DNA of 64,000 bases, taken from NCBI RefSeq assembly GCF_006345805.1, contig NW_021833256.1, positions 1 through 64,000 on the forward strand, in the 5' to 3' direction. A program made the position numbers and the translations under genes. The first letter of the stretch is position 1. Each line of letters starts with the position of its first letter. Below are positions 52,496 through 64,000 of this stretch, one piece after another. The notes under the pieces were generated by a model, which saw only the letters and a program-made list of their open reading frames with translations, was not told where the DNA came from and made no database searches. The stretch is from Octopus sinensis. Lineage: Eukaryota.

Positions 52496-52541
52496 AACAC
52501 AATGTTTCAGCTGATGTACCCTCCAGCTTACATCAGGTGTC
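52496..52541 (-). ncRNA. Second degenerate hammerhead motif of the same SINE family
   Basis: Minus strand GACAC-CTGATGT-A-AGCTG(GAGGGTACAT)CAGCT-GAAA-CATT-GTGTT. Stem II is perfect, A9 is mutated, and stem III shows a CpG-type change. Confidence 0.5.
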
Positions 52542-53072
52542 TTGGGGAAATTTCAAACCTGGGTTCTCATTCCTAAGGTACTTTTCGATGTTATTATTAT
52601 TATTGCCAATGATTCTTTTCTACTCTAGACACAAGGCCCGAAATTTTGGGGGAGGGGGGTGGGCCAGTCGATTAGATCAAATCCCTGTGCGCAACAGGTA
52701 CTTAATTTAGTGACTCTGAAAGGATGAAAGGCAAAGTTGACCTTGGCGAAATTTGAACTCAGAACATAAAGGCAGACGAAATACCCCTAAGCATTTTGCT
52801 TGGCGTGCTAATGATTCTGCCAGCTTGCCACCTTCATTTGACCAGTAACATCAAACACCAATGGACAATAAGAATGGTAATAAGAAATGACAGTGAGTAA
52901 TGCAGTCCAAGGTGCAGGTGTGGCTGAGTGGTAGGAAGCCTGCTTCTCAACCACATGGTTCCGGGTTCAGTCCCACTGCATGGCACTTTAGGCAAGTGTC
53001 TTCCACTATAGCATTGGACCATCAAAAGCCTTGTACATGGACTTGATAGACAGAAACTGAAAGAAGCCTATC

Positions 53073-53138
<66 letters not shown>

Positions 53139-54385
53139 ATGTGTCTGTGTTTGTCTCCCAGCATTACTTGACAGCTGGTGTTGGTGTGTTTATATCCCCA
53201 TAACTTAGTGGTTCACCAAAAGAGACCAATAGAATAAGGATTAGGCTTGCAAAGAATACGTCCTGGGTTGATTTGTTCAACTAAAGCCCTTTTAATGCAG
53301 TGCTCCAGCATGGCTGCAGTCAAACAACTGAAACAAGCACAAGAGCAAAAGAGTAAGATACGTTTATCCAAATAAAATCTGTCATGATCACTGCTAGAAC
53401 ATCTTTAATTAAGAACATAACCAACCTGGGGTCAAACAACATCAGTAAGAAGAAAACCTTTGTGAGGTTCATTCGACTTGCTAGATATAGCAACCAAATT
53501 ACCTTTAATCATGCTTTTAAAATCACGAACACTGAAGAACCATGATTTTCAGAAGCATTTTTTTTTTTTGCTCCAAGCTCAGAAATATGAAAGCATGGAA
53601 TAAACAACTCACATTTGATTGTTAGATGTCAGGACATGGAATCCTTCAAAAACCCCATACTTCTTGTAATTCATCAACACAGTTCCTGACGAACCTATGT
53701 ATTCTTTCTTCTTTTATGGCTCTTTTACTGTTCACTTTCCAAAGGGGTTTTTTTGTGTTTCATTCTGTGTGCCATGTATGTATTCTTTTAATCTCACTGC
53801 TGTTTCTTTACTTGGCTTATTGATGCTTTCTGTCACCTCTCTTACCATTTTCTGATGTATTGTGGTGCACCTGAGCACTACATACAATAAGATTATCATT
53901 ATTATCACTATTATTATTATTATTATTCAGGTGGCGAGCTGGCAGAATCGTTAGCATGCCAGGCAAAATGCTTAGCAGTATTTCGTCTGTCGCTACATCC
54001 TGAGTTTAAATTCTACCAGTGTCAATGTACCCTTTCATCCTTTCAGGGTTGATAAATTAAGTACTAGTGAAACACTGGGGTAGATATAATCGACTAGTCC
54101 CCTCAGGATTATTATTATCATTATTATTATTATTATTAAGGCAGCGAGCTGGCAGAATATTTAGTACGCTGGATGAAATGCGTAGCGGTATTTCGCCCAT
54201 CACTACGTTCTGAGTTCAAATTCTGCCGAAGTTGACTTTGCCTTTCGTCTTTTCAGGGTTGATAAATTAAGTACCAGTGAAACACTGAGGTCGATATAAT
54301 CAACTAGTACCCTCCCCACCCAAAATAAATTTCAGGTCTCATGCCTTTACTAGAACGAATTATTATTATTATTATTATTATTATT

Positions 54386-54944
54386 GAGTGAGAGAGCAGT
54401 GCATGCCATCAAAGTGACACTGAGGTAAAATATACGAAGCCCAGCATACCCATCATGACTACCCGTCTGATAAGGGTACACCAGGCACATGCATCACAAC
54501 CATATGTGCACGACATGGTGATCTCATATCAAGATAAACAGCGCATGACCTTGCAGGTGGAGCCCAGTTAGAATTTCATTCTGGTCAGGTAGCCCATTCT
54601 GCTCAAAAGGTCCCTGAATAAGGATTGTTTAAGGATGTTGAACAAAACACCGATATTTCCAAAGGTGAATTATCCAAACCCCAAAGAATTCCTCTCAACA
54701 CATGGCTATGATGCTCCCCCACTACTTCTGCTCGTGATCAGAGATGCACATATCGTCAGCCACTAAGGGACATTCTCAACTGGTTACGGTCAAACAACTG
54801 ACAAGCAAATCTGTGGTATTGAGCAGAATATTTGCTGTAGCCCATCTTTTATACCAAGACAAAACAATGTACATGATAACACTTCCAATCAGTTAAGATC
54901 AGAAGCCATGAGAGCCATTGCCTGGTACTGCATCAGGGCATTTA
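54386..54944 (-). mobile_element. About 560 bp non-coding retroelement (family F) embedded in (ATT)n; partial copies 41765-42193 and 2289-2421
   Basis: Near-identical blocks at three loci; the minus strand ends ...ctctctcactc(aat)n. The full copy has (ATT)n on both flanks. Confidence 0.75.
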
Positions 54945-55842
54945 TCATTATTATTATTACTATTATTATCATTGTATAGGTGGCAAGCTGGCAGAATCAT
55001 TAGCACACTGGCCAAAATGTTAAGTGCATTTTGTCTGTCGTTATGTTCTGAGTTAAAATTCTGCTCAGGTCAACTTTGCCTTTCATCCTTTTGGGGTCGA
55101 TGTAATGGACTAGCCCCATCCCACAAAATCTCGTGCTTTGTACCTGTAGTAGAAAGGATGATTATTATTATTATTATCATCATTATCATTACTACCTCTG
55201 TCTTAGTGAAGGCAGAGGTATTGTTTTTCAGTCGTGTTTGTTTGTTTGTGTGTTTGTCTGTGGACAAGATATCTCAAGTCAAGTTTATTTCAGATATTCT
55301 CATTTTAAAAATCATCTCCAGGTAATCGTTGAGAGGACATCCTCCTCCTCCAAATTCCATGCCTTGTGCCTATAGTAGAAAGGATTATTATTATTGCAGA
55401 ATAATAAATGTGCCAGGCAAAATGCTTAGTGACATTTCATCTGTCTCTATGTTCCGAGTTCAAATTCCACCAAGGTCGACTTTCCCTTTAATCCTTTCAG
55501 GGTTGATAAATTAAGTACCAGTGAAACACTGGGGGTCAATTATTATTAATTAAAAAAATAAGACGGGTACATTAGATAATATGGACTATGTGTGTGTGTG
55601 TATGTGTGTGTGTGTGTCTGTCATCATCATCATCATCATTTAATGTCCGCTTTCCATGCTAGCATGGGTTGGATGATTTGACTGAGGACTGGCGAACCAG
55701 ATGGCTGCACCAGACTCCAATCTTAATATGGCAGAGTTTCTACAGCTAGATGCCCGTCCTAACGCCAACCTCTCCGAGAGTGTAGTGGGTGCTTTTACGT
55801 GCCACCGGCACGAGGGCCAGTCAGGCGGTACTGGCAACAGCC

Positions 55843-55877
<35 letters not shown>

Positions 55878-56726
55878 CATACATACATACATACAGACAA
55901 ATACACATAGTTGACAGGATGATCACAAAGGGGTCACCTATAATCATAGATCAGGCATTAAGCAACAACAAAGGAACTATTACATGGTCAATTAATCAGC
56001 TAGATACAGCAGCCAAATTACCTTTAAATCAGAAATTGAACAAAAAAAAAAAACTAAGGACACACTGGATAACATAGTTCTCTGTGTATGAAATAAACTG
56101 CAGGAACAACAAATAATTTCTCTGATCTTTCCAGTTATCTTTTACCTTTTTTTTTCTTGTTTCAGGCATTGGACTGTGGTCATGCTTGGGCACCACCTTG
56201 ACAGGTTTAGTCAAACAAATCGACCCCAGTACTTTTTTTTTTAAAGTGTGGTGCCTATTTTATCAGTCTCTTTTGCTGCTGAACTGCTATGTTGTAGGGA
56301 TATAAACAAACCAACACTGAATGTCAAGTAGTGATGGGACACACACACAACAGGCGTCTTTCAGCTTCCATCTATCAAATCCACTTGCAAGACTTTGGTT
56401 GGCCTGGGGTGGGGTGGGGTAGGGGCTACAGTAGAAGACACTTGCCCAAGGTGTCGCAGAGTGGGACTGAACCCAAGACCACATGGTTGAAAAGTAAGGT
56501 TTTTTTTAACCACGCAAGCACATTGAAATTTAATTATGCAATTTCGTTTCCGTTTTACTTTAATCTGAGGTGGTGATGGAGTGGGGAGAGGGAAGAGAAG
56601 AGAGGGGGGATGTGAAATTTACCGAAAAGAAACTACCTGCATTATTTTCTATGTGTGTGTGTGTTTACGTATTTACTTAATTTCGTTCTCACTTGTCTTC
56701 TCTTTCTCTCTCTCTCTCTCTTTCAG

Positions 56727-56861
56727 GTCGTAGTGATGATGACATCGCAGACCAAGGATTACGACTGGCTGCCAGCACGGTGACCTCATTTCTCGTACTA
56801 GCTCTGCTGCTTTTTATGGTCCATCGCCTCTGTCAACGTAGACATCTCATACAAATGAGAA
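56727..56861 (+). CDS. DGCR2: Transmembrane exon of DGCR2/IDD-like protein
   Basis: Acceptor (tc)n tttcag at 56726 and donor gtaagt at 56862; 135 nt, phase 1-1. [44 protein letters not shown] closely matches the recalled vertebrate DGCR2 TM segment [29 protein letters not shown]. Confidence 0.92.
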
Positions 56862-57334
56862 GTAAGTAACCAACTAACAAAAACCAAAAAAAAAACCAAA
56901 AACCAAAAGAAAAAATGAAATCAAAAATAAGTGATTCTTTAATGTCGAAGGGTAGGTGAGGTGGCTCTGGAGGAATGAGAGGGTCGGTGGGAAACGATGA
57001 AGAGCAGGGAGTGGTCAGAATAGATTGGGGTAGGAAGATTTTGTTTCCATTTTATTTTGTTATTGTTGATAAATTTCATTGTCTTTGATGGAGATTTTTG
57101 TATTGTTGATGCTGTTGTTGTTGTTATATTATCAGAGTGGGGGACAGAGTGTGTTGCCAGTACTTAGGTGTTTTTTTTTTGTTTCTTTGTTGTTGTTGTT
57201 TTTTGTTGTTTACACTTGTTCATATCATACGCATCAACACGTGCATGCACACGTGTCGCTGTATATGTGTATATGCACACATACCTGCACACACACACTT
57301 GCATATATGATGGATCATTCATAAGTCTTGATGA

Positions 57335-57341
57335 GCATTCT

Positions 57342-57377
<36 letters not shown>

Positions 57378-58005
57378 ACCCTACCTTTATCTGTGTCTTT
57401 ATCTCTCTGTATGTCTGTCTCTCTCCCTACCCCCTGTATGTATTTCTCTCTCTCTCTCCCTCCCCTTGTTCTGTATGCTTGTCCCTTATTTGTCTGCCTC
57501 TCTCTCTCTCTCTCCCCCATTCTCTGTATGTCTGTCTGTTTCATGTCTGTCCTCCCCCTCTGACCATCTTTGTCTCTGTATGCTCGTCTCTTATTTATCT
57601 CACTCTTTCTCTCTCTCTGCATATCTTTGTATATCTTTATCTCTCCATATGTCTGTCTGTCTGTCCTTTATCTGCTTTTCTCTCTCTCTGTTTTAGTCAA
57701 TTATAACTTTATGACACTGATATAGTAATACACACACATACTATCTCTCTCTCTCACACACACACACTATCTCTCTCTCTCTCTCACACACACACACTCT
57801 ATCTCTCACATGCACACTCTCTCTATCTCTCTCACACACACCCACTATCTTTCTCTTCATACACACAGCACTCTATCTCTCTCACACACACGCACTCTAT
57901 CTCTCACACATGCACACTCTCTCTCTGTCTCTCTCTCACACACTCACTCTATCCCTCTCTCTTACACACACATACACACAAACATACAACTCACACAAAC
58001 ACAAA
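57335..58005. repeat. Degenerate (TC)n/(CA)n polypyrimidine-rich intronic tract
   Basis: About 670 bp of tc, tctg and ca repeats. Confidence 0.9.
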
Positions 58006-58426
58006 TACACATATAATGCAGGCATAGCTATATCATCATCATCATCATCATCATTTAAAGTCCTCGTTCCATGCTGGCACAGGTTGGACAGTTTGGCAGA
58101 ATAATTGGGTACACTACCAGCAGTATATTGGATAGGTACTATCCCTTAGTTGGTTTCTCAACCTCTAAGTCACACAGAAATATATACATACATACATACA
58201 TATATATATATATATGTTTATATACTCTTTTACTTGTTTCAGTCATTTGACTGCGGCCATGCTGGAGCACCGCCTTTAATTGAGCAACTCGACCCCGGGT
58301 CTTATTCTTTTGTAAGCCCAGTACGTATTCTATCGAACTGCTAAGTAACGGGGACATAAACACACCAGCATCAGTTGTCAAGTGACGTTGGGAGGGGACA
58401 AACACAGACACACATACATATATATA

Positions 58427-58488
<62 letters not shown>

Positions 58489-59538
58489 CGACGGGCTTCT
58501 TTCAGTTTCCGTCTACCAAATCCACTCACAAGGCTTTGGTCGGCCCGAGGCTATAGTAGAAGACACTTGCCCAGGTGCCACGCAGTGGGACTGAACCCGG
58601 AACCATGTGATTGGTAAACAAGCTACTTACCACATAGCCACTCCTGCGCCTATATATATATATATATAATATATATATATATTTTTACTGGATGTACGAT
58701 GTACATTTGGAAATTTCTTAATGTATGTAGAATTCATATAAAAATCTATAAAACAAGAAGCAATGAACAGACTCAAAGCTCCCTCTTCAGAAGAAAAGAA
58801 CAGTCTAGAAAAGTAATTCCTGTTATATAGGATCCGTTAATCCAATCAAACTCTCCAGCTTTTATGTAACAGCAGCAGTCACTCTCCAAGCATAGGTGTA
58901 ATTGATGTCCCACGCATTGGTGTAAACAACAGCAAACACCCTGCTGTTGCTATAAGATGGTGTAATATCAAAAACAGTAGTGGCTGTTGATTTTCTCGTG
59001 TCGTGTCAGATGAGGTCATCCAACGACTGCATCCGATTGAGAATACATTCTCGCACACCTAAAACGCAGCCAACCCACGAACTAACAACACACACACACA
59101 CACACACACTCACCTTGTGTATGTGTGTTCGACTTTCTTTATACAGCTCAAGCTGCTTCTGATACATATTCAAATTCTTTCCCATGGCATGAAGCAGTAG
59201 AAAATGGCAGCAGATGATGTTTAAACCATTTAGCATTTAGTCATGGTCGGCGATACAGCTCGCAGCAGACCTGGTTTGGTGTGTGGCATTGAAAAGACAC
59301 AACAACGGTGAAACATCAACTCAATTGTGAGTGTTTATTGAGCAAAAACACCTAAGCTCCACGAGGCTCCGGCGGGGGTTGTGGTGAACCCCGCTGTACT
59401 CTTTCACCACAACTTTCTCTCACTCTTTCTTCCTACTTCTGCCACAAAGTAGAAGAACCATGGTGTAACCCACTATGGTGTGGTAAACTTTCAGACCCTA
59501 GTCTAGATTGCGAATCTTCTGTACCCCAGGATGGTTCG

Positions 59539-59696
59539 GCTCTCCACCCGTTAAAAAAGCTACCGTTTACGGAATGAGGATAACAACGTAGCTAGCCTAT
59601 CATGTGTGGTGGGTGGATCTTCAAGTTGTCACACGCATTCTTAGTAGCTTAGAGTAGGCTCAAATTAGAGATTATTCTTTGTGGCTAATGGTGTGA
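59539..59696 (+). ncRNA. HDV-like ribozyme candidate (degenerate), probably the 5' end of an RTE-type retroelement
   Basis: P1 GCTCT/AGAGT with terminal G.U; P2 TCACAC/GTGTGA; P3-like GC...GC; J4/2 GGCTAA; structured J1/2 (CCACCC/GGGTGG, AGCTAC/GTAGCT). Followed by (GAA)n. Confidence 0.4.
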
Positions 59697-59946
59697 GTCC
59701 TGATTGGAAGAAGAAGAAGAAAGAAGAAGAAGAAGAAGAAGAAGACATCAACTCACATCAGGTCCAAAAAGGGACCTGATATGAGTTGTCTTGCATACCT
59801 ATGATTTTGTTTCAGGTGTTTTTAATACCAGGCACGCTGAGAATATATTTTCTTACACCTAAAATGCAGCCGACCCATGAACTAACAACACACACACATA
59901 CACACACACACACACACACCTTGTGGATGTATGTTTGATCTTGTTC

Positions 59947-59982
<36 letters not shown>

Positions 59983-60120
59983 ACTGATAAGGTAAATTAA
60001 TTGGATTATATAATCTTTGACAAGCAATTATGTAATCCTGCCAGTTAATTTGACAAACATGTGCCTGTTTTATAAAGCGTAAAATGCTAAGTGGGTTTTT
60101 GTATTTTGTTTATACCCCCC

Positions 60121-60193
<73 letters not shown>

Positions 60194-60569
60194 GAATCTA
60201 ACGGTTTTTGTGTTTTTAAATGGCTTATAAATACCTTCCAAGATGCAGTTGTTGTATCTATATATATATCTGTGTAGTGTGTATGTGTATGTATATATAT
60301 ATGTTATGCATATATGTATCACCATGCTTATCATATATTTTGTGTATATATATATATATATATTTGTAAATATACTGTAAAAATGAGGTCAATGAGTCTG
60401 GAATATTTTATAATCTGAATGATTCTTCTTTAATATTTATAATCTCATTAAAAGTGAAAGTTGAATTTCTTATTTCTTACTTAATCTCTTAATCCCTCTC
60501 TCTCTCTCTTTCTCTCTCCCCCGTCCCTTCACTCTATTTTTTATTCATTTCTTCTCTTAATTTTTGCAG

Positions 60570-63500
60570 GGTTGAATGCACCTCGAAACCACCAAGATGA
60601 TGACAACGATAACAACCCTTTCTCTCAGGATGCCTTTTCAATTGGTATGCCTTGCCCACCCCCTTACGAGGGTCCCCCTCCACCGTACACATTACCGAAA
60701 CCATTCACCTATATACAGCCTTGTGAGGCACCGCCCCCTTACGAAGAAGTGCAGTACCAGATGGCTGGTCATAACCCTGCCTTTTCTGACACTCTCAGCC
60801 CTACTAATCGCACAATAAACCCAAATGATACCAGTGGCCAGGAAGCCGAGTCTAACCCGTCCATGCACGGCCTCAATTTAGAAGGTGTCAGTTGTGAGTT
60901 TCCGTCGAATGTAGACAATGACGACGACAGCAGTCTACACGAGACTACACCGAAAACTCCGTTTGGCACCGACGAAAATCAGTTCACCTCTCCATTTACC
61001 AGGACCGGCCATTCTCCATCAATAGCACGTCCCTTCAGTACGTTCTTCGGTTCTTGTACATCAGCTGAAATTTCTGACGGTCGTCAGGCGCGTAATTCCT
61101 GCGGAAGCATTGCGGCACGGGCTGAACGGATCCGTTCGTGTTTGTTTCCCAGTGGAAAGGAACACCAGGACGGCATCGCTTTGGGTCTCACAAGGCAGCA
61201 AGCAGCAGCAGCAGCTATATCTCTGAGAGAAACCGGTGAAAAATCATCTGTAACAGCAGCATCAACATCAACATCAAAAGCAGATAAATTTGCACCTTGG
61301 TATATCAAGCGCTCTGAAAGTATCGAAATTCGACGAGAAAGCCACAGTCCACGTAATTCATATTGTTTTCGAAACAATTACATTCCTTCTGATACCAGTG
61401 ATTCATCAGAATCTGAGCAAGAATCCGCCGATGTTTCTAGTTCTTGGCTCAAGTCTAGTAACAGCGCCGTGGGATTTTCTCTGGGAACCAATAACCAACA
61501 ACCGCAACAATCAACAGCTGCTGGGTCTGCTGTTTCCTCTTTCAAACCGAGTGTTTCAAAATCTAGTGACTGCTATACTGGTTGGGAAAAACAGCCAGCA
61601 CACGAGAATTTAACTGGTGATTGTGTTAACGAGTCCAAAAGCACAGCAAATGCAGAAGTTACCAAATCAGCTGTTCCTGGAAAGCCGGTTCGGATAAGTT
61701 ATATTGACTCTCCAAATCAGCAATCTGTCAGTCACGGAACCAGCAGTAACAAAACCGATGTTGTCAGCGAACAAGGTGAAAAATCTAATATTTCCAAATT
61801 GAATTCAGCTAATCAGTTAGCTAACTCTTCTTTTGTTCAAAGCCATGATTTTGGTGTGACATCATCAGCTCTTCAGATTCGAAATAGTCTGCCTCCCCTG
61901 GAATTGAAACCCTTGCAACCAGACCTCCAGAAATCCGAGATGGCTACTCAGACGAGTAAAATTACTCCTCCAAGTGTCCTGTCCTTGACTTCTGGAGCCA
62001 GTGGAAGCGGCTTACTTTCTGTTGAACATGCTGAGGATAGCTTATCAGAACGCGGTTTCCGTGACTTACATCACCCTGCAACTATACTGAGTGGCCGACT
62101 GCAGAGCCCTGGCACCCCTGTATCCTCGGGGTCATCTCCGTCGAGGAATAGCATGGGTACATTGCAAGACCGTTCCAATTCACTGACTTCAGATATCTCT
62201 TTGTTCTCAATTTGTTCGGAGACTGGTGAGAAGAAGAGACCGAAAAACAACTCCTCTTCGTGCACCTCTACTCCTTCCACTATCACCAGCAGCAACACAA
62301 TCGAAGCTACACACAACGCTGGCAACAGCCACCTTATCAAGAATGAAAACCCTTACGCTGACCCCTTTCATACAAAAACCATTAAAGATGGTGGTGATAG
62401 TGGTAACATAACGAACATGGTGAATCCGGTCACAGCTGGTGCTACTCATTTGCCAATCCAACGACACGAGCCCTTGACCACCGCGAGCTTAGTGTCCAAT
62501 ATTCTTAAGCGTTATTCAGACATTCCTCGACAATCAGTAGAACATGACGAAAACAGCTACTCGAAGCCTTCATCCTCAGCTCCTCCGACTTCTCTTCCTC
62601 CTTCAACATCCACGTCTTCATCACTGATTGCCCAGCATCAACACTTCAAACCACAAAGCAGCCACATTCATACCTCTTCTGCATCCAGTTCTAGTGCTCA
62701 CCATCAAGCTAACAGCCACATTCCCCATCACTCTCACCATTCCAGTTGGAGCTGTGATCCATCAAGTATTACAACGGCTGTCAACAGCGCTACAGGCAGG
62801 CTGATCAAAAGAAGTGATTGCACATTAGCTCAATCATATCCTCGCAAATCTGAGATTCGTTCCTTGGATAATCGCAAGTCAATCGACGACATTATACGAA
62901 CTATTGACATCACACCTGTTCTGCAGAGCATTGCGAAGCCTTTAGATATTCTACGAGATAGCACTCATTTAGGGTCTGCATCAGGTTCAAAAGAATTAGC
63001 CCCGACCTTTTCTTCAGGAGCTACATCGAGGACTAACAGCTCTTCTACCACCAGCAAAACTATGACTGCAACTAACGTTACGAATTCCAGTCTCACAAAC
63101 TTCAGTAAGTTTGGTCCACTTAACGCCAGCCCCAAGGACTGTCTCTCAAGCAGCTTTCCATTTACTGATAAAACCTCACCCCCACCTCCACTGCCAGTGT
63201 ACCCTAAACCCAAAGCAAGTCCTGCAGACCGTAAGAAACGACATTCCCTTGGCAGTATGTCTAAAGCTAGCAAAAGATCGGGCCACAAGTCAGCAAACCA
63301 TCAAGAAAACACCAACTGCAAGAGTGCCTCAACCACTTCAAGTAGTCTTTTGAACAGTATACAAAACTCTTTCAACATGTCGACTACTCAAGCTATGAAA
63401 TCTTCTGACTCCTCACAGACCCACGATAGCAATTCCCATAGTAACGCTAATAAAATATGTGAGCCTTGTTACAAGCAGTATGGTTACGTCGAGAGGCTGA

Positions 63501-64000
63501 CCGCATCGCACAGTTGCGGCCATAAAAAAGAACACGGCAAAAGTGTTACGGATCACTTCAAAGACAGAAATGCTGAGAAAGAAGGTGAATCAAACAAACT
63601 GTCTCCTTCTATGATGAAATACCTAACTGCTAGTCCCAAATCCTCCAACACAGGCCAATTATCATACCCAACAGATAATGCTCACAGCACCGTGAAGCTA
63701 AACGGTGCCGGAGCTGGTCAAAATAGTAGTTCTTCCGGCTACAAAGTTAAAAAAATGTCACATCCTAGAATTTCTCCAGATCACAAAACCAAATCTAGCT
63801 CTTCAGCTACTCATAAATCTACAAGTGGGAGCAGCTGTACTACAACTGCAAGTGTGGAAGTCCATCAACCGCCCAGCGGAGTGATACCAAAGAAGAGACA
63901 CGCTCGCAGTAAAGATAAAAATCGGAAATCATACCCTGGTGCTAGCCCAGATACAACGCCAAGAGAGACCAAAATCGTTTCCAGTCCTTGGATGGCTCCA
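60570..64000 (+). CDS. DGCR2: Giant cytoplasmic-tail exon of DGCR2/IDD-like protein (3' end beyond window)
   Basis: Acceptor tttttgcag at 60569, phase 1. Manual translation from 60572 is stop-free to 64000 (1143 codons): LNAPRNHQDDDNDNNPFSQDAFSIGMPCPPPYEGPPPPYTLPK...APPPYEEV...SPWMAP. The segment is GC-richer and free of microsatellites. It is absent from the ORF track, presumably because no stop falls in the window. Confidence 0.9.

Noticed and set aside
59147-59218. Candidate cassette or alternative terminal exon in the last intron (TQAASDTYSNSFPWHEAVENGSR*)
   Set aside because: An acceptor is present and the phase-1 frame is open for 23 codons, but there is no compatible donor, poly(A) evidence or homology.
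60769-63353. Short ORFs on the minus strand and alternative plus frames over the giant exon
   Set aside because: Shadow ORFs of the long stop-free frame starting at 60572.

Overview
AT-rich eukaryotic genomic DNA, very probably octopus or another coleoid cephalopod, judged from the recognisable tRNA-derived SINE set and extreme (TA)n/(CA)n/(AAT)n/(GAT)n density. Nearly all ORFs in the supplied track are microsatellite or repeat artefacts. One real host gene is present on +, and the track largely misses it: a DGCR2/IDD-like type I membrane protein. Its phase-compatible exon model is 27763-27776 (ATG), 40348-40439 (poly-Leu signal peptide), 49366-49635 (VWC), 56727-56861 (TM) and 60570->64000 (stop-free, at least 1143 codons of Ser/Thr-rich cytoplasmic tail with clustered PPxY motifs). 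The last three exons are well supported; the first two are inferred. The rest is a dense TE landscape: several SINE families, 3' fragments of RTE, CR1, Tx1/L1 and R4/Dong-type LINEs, Tc1/mariner, hAT, Merlin and piggyBac-like relics and MITEs, minisatellites and long palindromes. The most unusual signals are ribozyme-like RNA motifs inside short non-autonomous elements. These are minimal type I hammerheads in a tRNA-headed SINE and in (TA)n-embedded elements, one with an intact core at 25394-25428, plus a degenerate HDV-like fold in the last intron of the gene. All family names come from manual pattern recognition; no database search was run.
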